DNA of 64,000 nt from Myxococcales bacterium (GTDB taxonomy: Bacteria; Myxococcota_A; Polyangia; Polyangiales; Polyangiaceae), in NCBI GenBank assembly GCA_023248735.1, contig JAHFDY010000003.1:915-64914 (forward strand), in the 5' to 3' direction. A model generated the notes under the pieces. That model was given only the letters and a program-made list of their open reading frames with translations, was not told the DNA's origin and did no database searches. This document shows, piece by piece, positions 1 through 9,323 of this stretch. How positions within the stretch are numbered: position 1 is the stretch's first letter; each line of letters opens with the position of its first letter. The position numbers and the translations under genes are program-made.

Positions 1-216
1 ACGCCGGTCGTTGGCTACGGCTTTGCGTGGGTGGGCCACTTTCTCGTTGAAAAGAATCGGCCTGCATCGTTTCAACACCCACTCTGGTCGCTTCGCGGTG
101 ACTTCCGCATGCTGAAGTACGCCGCTCTTGGCAAGATGGGCGCCGAAATCGAACGCGTGAAGGCAATCGCGGACGGCAAGTTCGTCAGGCCAACCGCCGA
201 AACTGTCCTGAATTGA
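1..216 (+). CDS. DUF962 (Mpo1-like) family membrane protein, C-terminal fragment; 5' end lies outside the window
   Basis: Frame +1 is open from base 1 (TPVVGYGFAWVGHFLVEKNRPASFQHPLWSLRGDFRM...). The GHxxxEKNRPA...PLxSxxxDxxM string is the conserved core of DUF962 proteins. Track ORF 31..216 is only its first internal GTG. Confidence 0.7.
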   Translation, partial: TPVVGYGFAWVGHFLVEKNRPASFQHPLWSLRGDFRMLKYAALGKMGAEIERVKAIADGKFVRPTAETVLN

Positions 217-235
217 GCGCACACGGTCAAGAACC

Positions 236-1057
236 TTGATCGTCAGCAATATTTACGTCCACCCCCTCAAAAGCGGTAGCGCCCTAGCCATCAACGTCGC
301 GGTCGTCGAAGCGAAGGGGCTTCGCTTCGATCGCCAGTGGATGCTCGTCGATCTCAACGGAAAAATTCTTACCCAATTGCAGAGCGCGAGAATCGCGCTC
401 ATCGCTTCTCGAATCGAAGGCGACAGCATCGTTTTTCGCGTTCCAGGAAGTTCGCGCGAGCTACTGCTCCCAACCGCTGCGGACCCAAGCAGTGATCGCC
501 AAGAGGTGGTGCAAATTTTCAAGACGAGCAGCCGGACGCTCGACTGCGGCGCGAAAGCGGCAGCGTTCTTTTCGGACTACTTACGGCAGCCCGTGCGACT
601 GGTGCGGCAAGCCGAAGGCGCAGCACGATCCATCGATGAACGGTTCTCACGTGAGACCGATACCGTGAGCTTCGCCAACGATTTTCCACTGCTTGTCTGC
701 AATCGCGCTTCCCTCACCGCGCTCAATGCGCACTTCGAAAAACCCGTACCCATGAATCGGTTTCGACCGAACATTGTTTTCGAATGCGAAGCGCCTTGGA
801 CCGAAGAACTCTGGGAGACCATCACCATTGGCGCCGTGCCTTTTCGAACGCCACGAGGCTGCGCACGATGTCCTCTTGTCGGCATTGACCAGGACACCGC
901 CGCGCGCAGCAGAGAGCCTTTAGCGACGCTGGCACGCGTTCGCAAAGTAGGAAACAAAGTTTACTTCGGCCAAAACGCGATTCCAGACCAAACGGGGAGC
1001 ATCGCCGTCGGCGACGCGATTCGTGTCACCGCTTGGGCAGAAGCACTCCGGGGTTGA
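236..1057 (+). CDS. MOSC domain-containing protein (YcbX-like, MOSC_N beta-barrel + MOSC)
   Basis: 273 aa with a TTG start. The N-terminus IVSNIYVHPLKSGSA...FDRQWMLVD is typical of MOSC_N. The C-terminal PRGCARCPLVGIDQDTA carries the conserved MOSC cysteine. Confidence 0.85.
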   Translation: MIVSNIYVHPLKSGSALAINVAVVEAKGLRFDRQWMLVDLNGKILTQLQSARIALIASRIEGDSIVFRVPGSSRELLLPTAADPSSDRQEVVQIFKTSSRTLDCGAKAAAFFSDYLRQPVRLVRQAEGAARSIDERFSRETDTVSFANDFPLLVCNRASLTALNAHFEKPVPMNRFRPNIVFECEAPWTEELWETITIGAVPFRTPRGCARCPLVGIDQDTAARSREPLATLARVRKVGNKVYFGQNAIPDQTGSIAVGDAIRVTAWAEALRG

Positions 1058-2615
1058 GGACGGCGTGCGGATCAAGCTCGTCCTTCGCAGCTTGCAGCGC
1101 GCGTAGGAACAGCGGCGATGCCTCACGTTCAAACCAAGGGAGATGTACGCGTCCGACGGCGTGGTGATGCGTAATCGTAGCGCCGCAAGCGACAAGGGCC
1201 TCGGACGCAGCTTGCTTCACGGTGAGCCACTGCTCAAGTTCGTGGCCTGGGCGTGCCTGCATGATGAACGTGAAATATGGCGCTGGCCCGTCGGGATACA
1301 CGTGCGTGAATCTGCATGTGAGAATCCCTTTTCCGGCGACGTCTTTCATTGCAGATTCGACGCGCGCACGCACCGTCGTGAGAAGTTCGTCGAGCTCGGA
1401 CCAGGTGCACGCCGTTTCGAACGTATCGGCGATTACGCCGAGCGTAACGAGCGCGCTCTGCAAGTACGGACCATCGAGGAAGGCTTGGCGCCACGTCTCC
1501 GTCGATGCGTCGCCGCCACGCTCGCCTGAGGCCTTTTCCTTAATGCCGCGCGGCGAGCGGCCACCCTTTGCAAGCGCGAGCGCCAGCGCTTCTTCGAGCG
1601 CCGCACGACGTGAAGCGCCACTCGACTCAAATCCCAGAAGAAGCACCGCGCCGCCTTCACTCGGCACGTTGTTGATGAGTGCCTCATATGGATCAAGAAG
1701 GCGACAATTGTGTGGGTGCAGTTGCGATTGTGCAATCGCGCGCACGGCCTCTGCCCCCTCGCGCAAAGTGGCAAAGTGCACGCTTGTAGACCCACGCCAA
1801 CTCGGCCGCTCAAACACGCGCATCCACGCGCGCGTAATCACGCCAAGCGTCCCTTCGGAACCCGCAACGAAGCGATCCGCACTGGGTCCAGCACCACTCG
1901 CTGGCAAACGCTTCGTCTCGAAGATGCCAGATGGCGTGACCATGCGCAGCGACTGCACGAGATCTTCGATGTGTGTGTACACCGTTGCGAAGTGGCCCCC
2001 GGCGCGCGTCGCGATCCAGCCGCCAAGCGTCGAAAACTCAAAGCTCTGAGGAAAATGGCGGAGCGTGAGATTGCGTGGCGACAATGCTTGCTCGATCTCG
2101 GGACCAAGTGCGCCGCCCTCAAAGAGCGCTGATCGCGAAAGCACGTCGACGTCGAGCAGCCGGTTCATCTTGCGCAGACTCAGCGACACGAACGGCGCCC
2201 GATTGGAGTCGCGTTCGACGCCGCCAACAACGCTCGTGCCCCCTCCGTAGGGCACAATCTTTACGCCCTCGCTTCCCGCCCACCGCAGAACCTCAAGAAC
2301 TTCATCGTCGTTTCCGGGAAAGGCGACGGCATCTGGCGCTGCAAGAAAGTCGCCCTGATACCCTCGCAGCACATCGGGATATCCACGGCCGTACGCATGA
2401 CGAATCCGCGTTTCGCGCTCACAGTCAAGAAAGTTGACGTTACGTCCGTCGAAGCGACTCTCTGAGACGCGCGCATTGTCGAGGGAAGGCAATGCCTTCA
2501 GTTGCGGCGCCTCAATTTGCAGGAGCATGGCGACGCGCGTTGCGAGCTCGCGTCTTGCGTCATCGTTCGGAAATCGATCCTCGTAGCCCCATGCCCAATG
2601 GCTTCGCTTGCGCAT
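1026..2615 (-). CDS. FAD-linked oxidase, alkyl-dihydroxyacetonephosphate synthase (AGPS)-like
   Basis: 529 aa. The N-terminus is MRKRSHWAWGYEDRF. PDAVAFPGNDDEVLEVLRWA...KIVPYGGGTSVVGG is a PCMH-type FAD-binding motif, and the overall layout matches AGPS/glycolate oxidase family enzymes. Confidence 0.8.
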   Translation of the reverse strand: MRKRSHWAWGYEDRFPNDDARRELATRVAMLLQIEAPQLKALPSLDNARVSESRFDGRNVNFLDCERETRIRHAYGRGYPDVLRGYQGDFLAAPDAVAFPGNDDEVLEVLRWAGSEGVKIVPYGGGTSVVGGVERDSNRAPFVSLSLRKMNRLLDVDVLSRSALFEGGALGPEIEQALSPRNLTLRHFPQSFEFSTLGGWIATRAGGHFATVYTHIEDLVQSLRMVTPSGIFETKRLPASGAGPSADRFVAGSEGTLGVITRAWMRVFERPSWRGSTSVHFATLREGAEAVRAIAQSQLHPHNCRLLDPYEALINNVPSEGGAVLLLGFESSGASRRAALEEALALALAKGGRSPRGIKEKASGERGGDASTETWRQAFLDGPYLQSALVTLGVIADTFETACTWSELDELLTTVRARVESAMKDVAGKGILTCRFTHVYPDGPAPYFTFIMQARPGHELEQWLTVKQAASEALVACGATITHHHAVGRVHLPWFEREASPLFLRALQAAKDELDPHAVLNPGVLLPKR

Positions 2616-2672
2616 TCAATACGCTGCGTAGCACAACCTTGAATTGCATGAGGCATCACCCCATGATGCGCC

Positions 2673-3140
2673 ATGGCCAACGCATGCCCATGCGAAGCAA
2701 AGGTGGCCTACGCCCAATGTTGTGCGCCGCTTCACCGCGGGCAACGCATCGCCGAAACCGCGAGTGAGCTTATGCGATCGCGCTATTCCGCCTTTGTGAG
2801 AAAGGAAATTGACTATCTCGTCGAGACCCTCGATCCCGAACACGACGATCGCCGCCTTCCTGAGGACGAGCTGCGTGCCCACTTTCGGCAGTCGTGCAGA
2901 GAAGTGCGCCTCATGGGCCTTTTGGTGCTTGACGCGATGACGCAAGGCGACACGGCTGAAGTACTTTTTCATGCTAAACGCTTCATTCGCGGCCAAAATC
3001 ACTCCTTTGTGGAGCGATCGGTGTTCACGCTGCGGCGCGAAGGATGGCGCTATCGCGATGGTGAACTTTACCTGGCACGTACAGTCCCCAAGGGAATAAC
3101 GCTGCTATCGTTTCGGGAACACTTTGCAGGCGCCGGCTGA
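2673..3140 (+). CDS. YchJ family protein (UPF0225, SEC-C motif)
   Basis: 155 aa. The N-terminal SEC-C-like metal motif is CPCEAKVAYAQCCAPLH, followed by ETASELMRSRYSAFV, which is characteristic of YchJ. Confidence 0.75.
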   Translation: MANACPCEAKVAYAQCCAPLHRGQRIAETASELMRSRYSAFVRKEIDYLVETLDPEHDDRRLPEDELRAHFRQSCREVRLMGLLVLDAMTQGDTAEVLFHAKRFIRGQNHSFVERSVFTLRREGWRYRDGELYLARTVPKGITLLSFREHFAGAG

Positions 3141-3206
3141 TCTGTAAGACAGAGCGCGTGCGGATGAGGCAATGCGCCATGCCGCGTGGCATGCGAGGAG
3201 AACGCG

Positions 3207-4670
3207 ATGAACATTCACCCTGAGTCCACTTCAGTCAGCTCGAGCAAACTCCCCAAGCGCGATTTGGCCGAGGCCCTGAGCGAAACCCTGAAGAAGCTGC
3301 AGGCCGCACAGCGCAAGAACCCCGCGCCAACCTACGAAGAGCGCCTCGACGCCCTCGAGCGTCTCGAGCGCACGCTTCTTCGCAACAAGGACGCCATTTG
3401 CGACGCCATCAGTCACGATTTCGGCAACCGCTCACGCCACGAGAGCCTGGTCGCTGAAGTGTTCGTGACCGTGCAAGGCATCAAACACGCAAAGTCGCAT
3501 CTCGCCGAGTGGATGGAGACTCGTCAGCGAGAAACGAGCTGGGCTTTTCTTCCCGGACGATCAGAGATTCAGTATCAGCCGCTCGGCGTCGTCGGAATCG
3601 TTTCGCCGTGGAACTATCCCGTCCAGCTCGCCCTCGCGCCGCTCGTCGCCGTTCTTGCGGCGGGCAACCGCGCGATGCTCAAGCCTTCGGAGCTCACGCC
3701 CCGCTGCAGTGAACTCCTTCGCGACATGCTGGCCGAAGCGTTCGATCCGGATCACGTGACCGTGATCACCGGTGGTCCGGAAGTCGGCGAGGTCTTCACA
3801 CGCCTTCCTTTCGATCACCTCGTCTTCACCGGTTCGACCAAGCTCGGCAAGATCGTCATGCGCGCAGCAGCCGAGAACCTTGTGCCCGTCACGCTCGAGC
3901 TCGGAGGCAAGAGCCCCGCGATCATCGGCGAGGACATGGCGATCGAAGTCGGCGCGCGCAAAGTGATGCTCGGCAAGCTCTTCAACGCCGGCCAAACGTG
4001 CATCGCACCCGACTACGTGCTCGTGCCCGAGGGCAAGGTGTCCGCGTTCGTCGACGCCGCGAAGGCGATCGTCAAGGATATGTACCCAACACTCGCGACG
4101 AACCCGGACTACACGAGCATCGTCAGCGCGCGACATTACGACCGTCTGAGCGGATACGTGCAAGATGCAACCGCCAAAGGCGCGCGTTCGGTCGAGTGTA
4201 ACCCTGCTGGCGAAACCCTCGCGCCCGATCAACGCAAGCTCGCGCCGACGCTTTTGCTCGACACGACCGACTCCATGGACGTCATGCAAGAAGAGATCTT
4301 CGGACCGCTCTTGCCTGTCGTTCCTTACAAGTCGCTGGCTGATGCGATCAACTTCATCAACGATCGTCCTCGCCCGCTAGCGCTCTACTACCTCGGTCAC
4401 AACGAGGCACACATCGATCGCGTGCTTAAGGAGACCACGTCGGGCGGTGTGGCGATCAACGAAACGATGGTTCACGTCGCACAAGACGATCTTCCGTTTG
4501 GAGGCGTCGGAGCGAGCGGCATGGGGCATTACCATGCGTTCGAGGGCTTCGAGCAGTTCTCAAAGAAGAAGCCGATTTTTCGTCAGGCACGATTGAATGC
4601 AACAGGCTTGTTGCGGCCACCCTATGGGACGTTGGTGGAAACGTTCTTGAAGGTTGTGTTGGGGAAGTAA
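3207..4670 (+). CDS. NAD(P)-dependent aldehyde dehydrogenase (ALDH3/coniferyl-aldehyde dehydrogenase-like)
   Basis: ELGGKSPAIIG and FNAGQTCIAPDYVLV (catalytic Cys) motifs are present. I prefer ATG 3207, which has GAGGAG 6 nt upstream, over the track start GTG 3186. Confidence 0.9.
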   Translation: MNIHPESTSVSSSKLPKRDLAEALSETLKKLQAAQRKNPAPTYEERLDALERLERTLLRNKDAICDAISHDFGNRSRHESLVAEVFVTVQGIKHAKSHLAEWMETRQRETSWAFLPGRSEIQYQPLGVVGIVSPWNYPVQLALAPLVAVLAAGNRAMLKPSELTPRCSELLRDMLAEAFDPDHVTVITGGPEVGEVFTRLPFDHLVFTGSTKLGKIVMRAAAENLVPVTLELGGKSPAIIGEDMAIEVGARKVMLGKLFNAGQTCIAPDYVLVPEGKVSAFVDAAKAIVKDMYPTLATNPDYTSIVSARHYDRLSGYVQDATAKGARSVECNPAGETLAPDQRKLAPTLLLDTTDSMDVMQEEIFGPLLPVVPYKSLADAINFINDRPRPLALYYLGHNEAHIDRVLKETTSGGVAINETMVHVAQDDLPFGGVGASGMGHYHAFEGFEQFSKKKPIFRQARLNATGLLRPPYGTLVETFLKVVLGK

Positions 4671-4713
4671 GTCCGAGTGGACTGCGAGCAGCGCTTGGTA
4701 CGGAAAGCGCGCT

Positions 4714-6765
4714 CTAACGAATCGGTCGCGATGGCGGATCGACGACACCGACATCGAGCCATCGATTCTTTGAATCCAGATGCCCATCGGCGCGCAGCTG
4801 AAACAAGAAGTAAGTTGGAATACACGAACCGGCGGCGCGCATAGGTCCGGGTGAGTGTCCGTCGGCGGCGAGATCTTCCTTCAAGAGCGTCGCCTTCGTC
4901 ACGTTGCCTACAGTGTCAACTTGCGAGAGCCGTTGACAGATGTAGTCGTCACGGCAGCCAGTCTTATCGTCGCATCGGGATCGGATTCCGTGACCAAAGG
5001 TTGAGACGTCCTCTCCTTTGAGCGATTTGACACTTGCCCCTAGGCATCGACTAAAGTCGCCTGAAAATGCGCATGTATCGAATCCGGTGCCTCCACTCAA
5101 TCCGCAGATGGCGGCGCCCTTCACCGACGTCGTACCCTGCGTGCACTTGCCGGTGATCATTCCGCCGGGAGTGCCGTCTTTGGGTGACTCGCAGGACACG
5201 CCCTTCGAGAAGGCACTCAACTTGAGCACGTCGTTTGAAGCGTCAGTGACCGACGTGTGAGCGCCACCCAAGCAGAGATCGCCGCCCGCAGGCACCTTTC
5301 GGACGCACGTGCCGATGGCGATCGGCATGCTCGCGTTCGTCTCGATCAACTTGCACGTCGAGTCCGATTCACATCCATACCTTCCAGCAAAGTCCTTCGT
5401 CGCCGCAAGGCAGTGATCGCCGGCAGACGCGACGCTTCTTAGGAAGGAAACTGGACGATAGGTGTCGACCGTCGCGCTGAGCGCATTGAGGTAAGCGAGC
5501 CGTCGCGCTTGCTCGTCAGCGAAGTGTTCGGAAGCCGGACGCCTTGTCGCATTGAAGGGGTGCACCTTCGAAAGTCGCTCGAGCCCGATCAGGTGAAAGC
5601 CGGCGATGCTGTTGCCTTGATGGCAACCACTGCACGTCGCATCGTCGAGGCGCGCGAGAACGCCTTCGCGGGAATTGACGAGGCGACGCTTCTGCGCGGG
5701 ATCAAAGGCATCTTTGGCGAATGCGAAGCTAGCCTTGTCCGATCCATTGAAGATGCGAGAAAATGCACGGTTCTCCATCCGGAAGAGACCGTGCGTGCTC
5801 ACGCTCGAAACCTTCTTCGCGAGAAACTCGTCCGGGAGCTGAAACGTACCCAGATCGATTTTGCTGAGATTGGCCGTCACGTAAGCCCAGAGCTTTTGTT
5901 TCAGATTGGCGTCGGCGTTAATCTTCGCGGCGTCGGGCGTGTTCTCGAGCGGCTTCAGCTCCATCACATGCCCGACAGGTTGGAAGATGCGGAGGAAGTA
6001 CTCCGCATGACCGCCGTGCTCCCTTCTTACTTCCGATGGCAACCTCATGACTTGCGCGTTGACCTCGAGCTGAAGGAGCTTCAAGCCCGATAGGGAGGCA
6101 GGTCCCGCCGCGAGCCAGCTCGCGTAGGCCTCAGGGGTTTGGGTGGTTGATGGCACCTTCCAGCGATCGCGCACCGTCGTGCATTCCTTCTTGTCGTCCG
6201 GAATCCTAAACACGAGGTTGAACGAAAACGGAACGCGCGACGCAGAGGGCTTCTCCTTTGGGTTCTCACGCGCTTTCTCGTATCGCAATCGATAGATCAA
6301 CCGAAGCTCGCCGCATGTCTTCTCTGCGTAGAAATCTCGACGGTCAATGCGGTTGACGACCGCCACAAGATCGAAGCGTGCGTCGTTCGACTTCAGGTGC
6401 CCGTAGTCAAAGATGCGTGCCTCACCCAGACGAACCTCATAGTGACCGCCGCTCGCCCTCTTCCTCTCGCGAATGTCCTCGACGAGGCTGTCAATGACAC
6501 TCTTGAACCAGGGCTTGGCGTAGAGCGATGCGGTCGAATCGTGGCTGACGCCGACCTCGCCAAAGCCGTAGGCGGCCGCGTCGTTGAGGGAGCGCCCCTT
6601 GTGCTCGAGAAGATCCATCACGCCGGGTTGGCTCTCGGATGTCAGGAGCGTTCCGGCCGATGGTACTGCAATGGCTTCGTCGGTGAAATCGTAGGAGAGC
6701 GTGGTGGGCGCCGCAGCCGATGCGCCAGCCACGAGGAAGGCGACGAGAGTCGTGGCGATTCGCAT
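4714..6765 (-). CDS. secreted hypothetical protein with one CXXCH motif and a Cys-rich C-terminal third
   Basis: There is a long ORF with G/C-rich third positions. The internal ATG at 6765 gives the signal peptide MRIATTLVAFLVAGASAAAP. The CSGCHQGNSIAGFHLIG motif lies at 5620..5634 and nearby. No family was recognised. Confidence 0.6.
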   Translation of the reverse strand: MRIATTLVAFLVAGASAAAPTTLSYDFTDEAIAVPSAGTLLTSESQPGVMDLLEHKGRSLNDAAAYGFGEVGVSHDSTASLYAKPWFKSVIDSLVEDIRERKRASGGHYEVRLGEARIFDYGHLKSNDARFDLVAVVNRIDRRDFYAEKTCGELRLIYRLRYEKARENPKEKPSASRVPFSFNLVFRIPDDKKECTTVRDRWKVPSTTQTPEAYASWLAAGPASLSGLKLLQLEVNAQVMRLPSEVRREHGGHAEYFLRIFQPVGHVMELKPLENTPDAAKINADANLKQKLWAYVTANLSKIDLGTFQLPDEFLAKKVSSVSTHGLFRMENRAFSRIFNGSDKASFAFAKDAFDPAQKRRLVNSREGVLARLDDATCSGCHQGNSIAGFHLIGLERLSKVHPFNATRRPASEHFADEQARRLAYLNALSATVDTYRPVSFLRSVASAGDHCLAATKDFAGRYGCESDSTCKLIETNASMPIAIGTCVRKVPAGGDLCLGGAHTSVTDASNDVLKLSAFSKGVSCESPKDGTPGGMITGKCTQGTTSVKGAAICGLSGGTGFDTCAFSGDFSRCLGASVKSLKGEDVSTFGHGIRSRCDDKTGCRDDYICQRLSQVDTVGNVTKATLLKEDLAADGHSPGPMRAAGSCIPTYFLFQLRADGHLDSKNRWLDVGVVDPPSRPIR

Positions 6766-6905
6766 CTCGGTGATACGGCGCGCGCCACTGCGCAACAATA
6801 GTGGTCTGCCACTTTTTTTCTTCTTTTGCGGCCAATGACAATTAAGGCGCATTAAGCACGCCCAAGGCCCCGCTCATTGCAGCGTCACCCACAAGGTACA
6901 AACGC

Positions 6906-7547
6906 ATGAGCATACGATCGGTCATCGCAGTCCTAGTTGCGTCAATCGGATGCAGCTCGCCGCTGCCATCAGAGCCTGCTACGTGGGACGCAAAGAGTCC
7001 GCCAGTTGCGGATGCAGCCACGGATGCAGGCGCGTCCGAGAGCGGACCGGAGGTTGGCGTGTGCGCCATCACCGCGTGCGGAGGGTCCCTGAGTGGCAAC
7101 TGGCGCTTCGTCGACGCATGCTCGCACTCTTTGGTTCCCTCAAGCGGTTTCTGCGTGGGTCAGACCGGCTGGAACGACACGCACCTCGAAGGCACCGCGA
7201 CATTCGCATCCGACGAGATCGTCACCCTCTCGACTTCAAGCGTGCAGACGACCCGCATGCACCTTCCGAAAAAGTGCATGCCGGCCGGTGTTTCGTCGTG
7301 CGATCGTGCCGTCCAATTTGTCCCGCCCGTTGTCGGCAACTGTTCTGATGCGCAAGACTACTGCGACTGTGTGGGAAGGTCGGCTTCAACGCCAACCACG
7401 ATGGTGACGCACTACACCGCCGAGGGCGCCTCACTTCACTTGGAGACAGACGGCGAAGCGCTGGCGTTCGAGTTCTGCGTCAACGGTGACTGGTTGGTGT
7501 TTGCCAACGCGAAGACGGGCGAGAGGAGTTATCTCCAACGTGACTGA
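6906..7547 (+). CDS. hypothetical lipoprotein (Cys-rich)
   Basis: 213 aa. The signal plus lipobox is MSIRSVIAVLVASIGC, and about 12 further Cys follow. It is divergent from the upstream gene and convergent with paralog 1. Confidence 0.6.
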   Translation: MSIRSVIAVLVASIGCSSPLPSEPATWDAKSPPVADAATDAGASESGPEVGVCAITACGGSLSGNWRFVDACSHSLVPSSGFCVGQTGWNDTHLEGTATFASDEIVTLSTSSVQTTRMHLPKKCMPAGVSSCDRAVQFVPPVVGNCSDAQDYCDCVGRSASTPTTMVTHYTAEGASLHLETDGEALAFEFCVNGDWLVFANAKTGERSYLQRD

Positions 7548-7576
7548 CTAACGCGTCAATCGCTTGTGACCGGAGA

Positions 7577-9184
7577 TCAGAATTCAAGGTTGTTGCTCGA
7601 GTCTCCGATCGGCCCAGCGTTGTTCGCACCGCCACCACCGAGTCCACCAGTACCGCCACCCGTCGTCAGACAATTGTTGAGCGGCGATTCGCTGAGCGTC
7701 ACGCCTTTCTTGATCGCGATGCACACGCTTGGACCCCCTGGCCCGCCCGAGCCCGCGCCTCCCTTGCCTCCCGACGAGCCGTCGCCACCGCGACCACCCG
7801 CGCCGCCATCGTCCCCGCTGCTCGCACCACCGGCACCACCCGCCCCGCCTGCGCCACCTTTGCCGCCCGCGCCACCTTTGCCGCCCGCGCCTCCGGAGCC
7901 CACCGTGATCCGGTTGCCTCCGATTACGACGCGTCCGCCGAGCACCACGAATGCCACGCTCGCGCCGCCACCGCCGCCACCCGTGCCGTGCGACCCAGGA
8001 CAGCCACCCGTGGCGCCCGATCCACCTCCACCCCCGGTGTCGCCTTTGCATGCGCCGCCGTTGGAACCACCGCCGCCTCCGCCGCCGCCACCACCGGGCC
8101 GGCCGGGTTTGGCATCGGCGCCCGCGGTGCCTTGTCCAGAGGTCCATGTCCCATCGGCACCAAATGTGCCTTTTGCGGTTACAATTGAACCATCTTTGCC
8201 ACTGTCGCCAGCAGTCGGACCCTTACCGCCATCGCCGCCGTCGCCACCTTTCTGGCCGAGACACGTCGCGTTGCCGCTGCCACCACCACCTGAAACGCCG
8301 CCGTTATCACCGCCTGCGGTGCCTGCCCGTCCGGTTTCCTGATCGTAACCGCCTTGGCCACCTTTTCCACCTTGCGACGCGCCGCACGTGGACTGCGGTG
8401 AGCTGCCGCCAAGCTCACCACCGGGAGGATTTGGCGCGACCGGTTGGTTCTCGTTCTTGCCGGGCTTGCCTGGGTTGCCGTCGGCGCCTTTGGCACCATC
8501 CGCACCAGGGGAGCCCTCTTCTCCGGGTTGTCCGTCGCCGACGACGATGTCGTTGTAACGAACGTAGAGCGTCTCGGTGCCGGCGATGACGCGCACTGCG
8601 TAGGCACCCTTGCCGAGGTTCGGTTCCGAAGGGGTCTTGGCGACGATCTTGAAGCCCTCAAGATGCGTCTCTGCAGCGATGTTCTCGCCGAGCACGACGA
8701 AGCCCTGTGCGGTAAGCGTCGTGACCGCCGTTCGGCCTCGTCGAAACGCGAAGTCCTTGTTGCCCTGCTCGAACCCGCCGTACACGCTGACGCCGGAAAG
8801 CAGCGTGAGTGAACCGTCGTAGGTTTCGCCCGAGAGGCACACCGAGAAGCCACGCTGCTTTGCGATGCCCATCGCATAGCTCAGGGTCTTCATTGGGAGC
8901 GCGCGGGTGCCCGAGCTCGGCCCATCGACGCCGTTGCTTGCAACGTACATACAACTAGAAACGATCCCGTCGCTGCCATCGCAGTTGTCGTCCGTGTAGT
9001 TTGCATCGATCGGATCGGTGTCGCTTGTCTTCGTGCATGCGTACTCGCATCCGTCGGCGCTAACCCCGTTGAGATCGAATGTGCCCTCGGCGCAAACCTT
9101 CGTCGATGCGTCGCTGCTCATTGAGTCGCTCGCGCAAGCTGCGATGATCAGAAGAGAAACTGGAATCAATCCCAAAACTCGCAT
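7577..9184 (-). CDS. glycine-rich lipoprotein, paralog 1 (DGCEYAC/NCDGSDG Cys-motif N-domain, beta-helix-like region, GGxGxxG-rich C-terminal half)
   Basis: 535 aa. The lipobox is LLIIAAC. It is collinear with 10016..11596 and 11702..13291. Collagen-like GADGAKGADGNPGKPGK and a (Gly)10 tract are present. The Pro-rich ORFs on the + strand are its antisense shadow. Confidence 0.75.
   Translation of the reverse strand: MRVLGLIPVSLLIIAACASDSMSSDASTKVCAEGTFDLNGVSADGCEYACTKTSDTDPIDANYTDDNCDGSDGIVSSCMYVASNGVDGPSSGTRALPMKTLSYAMGIAKQRGFSVCLSGETYDGSLTLLSGVSVYGGFEQGNKDFAFRRGRTAVTTLTAQGFVVLGENIAAETHLEGFKIVAKTPSEPNLGKGAYAVRVIAGTETLYVRYNDIVVGDGQPGEEGSPGADGAKGADGNPGKPGKNENQPVAPNPPGGELGGSSPQSTCGASQGGKGGQGGYDQETGRAGTAGGDNGGVSGGGGSGNATCLGQKGGDGGDGGKGPTAGDSGKDGSIVTAKGTFGADGTWTSGQGTAGADAKPGRPGGGGGGGGGGSNGGACKGDTGGGGGSGATGGCPGSHGTGGGGGGASVAFVVLGGRVVIGGNRITVGSGGAGGKGGAGGKGGAGGAGGAGGASSGDDGGAGGRGGDGSSGGKGGAGSGGPGGPSVCIAIKKGVTLSESPLNNCLTTGGGTGGLGGGGANNAGPIGDSSNNLEF
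8066..8095 (-). repeat. homopolymeric Gly-codon tract (10 x GGN) in paralog 1
   Basis: The plus strand reads acc acc gcc gcc tcc gcc gcc gcc acc acc, which is GGN x10 on the minus strand. It is preceded by a Pro codon, as in the other two paralogs. Confidence 0.9.
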
Positions 9185-9323
9185 CGGACCCCCTCACGTT
9201 GCACCGTTGAGCCCACTCAACCATTGCTAGACAGTGCCGCGACTCTTCATTGGAACGCGTTTAGGTGCCGCGTTGCCAACAAACGTAGAGCGAACCGTTC
9301 GAATCCGCGTAATCTACGCCGAG

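Noticed and set aside
7566-8342. Long proline-rich ORFs antisense to the glycine-rich genes (7566..8342; also 7584..8147, 10495..10995, 11023..11454 and 12730..13104)
   Set aside because: They are the reverse complement of GGN-rich coding sequence, since CCN encodes Pro. They lack signal peptides and motifs. The opposite strand encodes three mutually collinear lipoproteins with proper lipoboxes, so I treat these as shadow ORFs.
9297-9306. tRNA T-loop-like string GTTCGAATCC in the 9184..9324 intergenic region (and TTCGAATCC near 28080)
   Set aside because: The flanking bases cannot form a T-stem or an acceptor stem, and no cloverleaf can be drawn. I found no tRNA or rRNA gene anywhere in the window.
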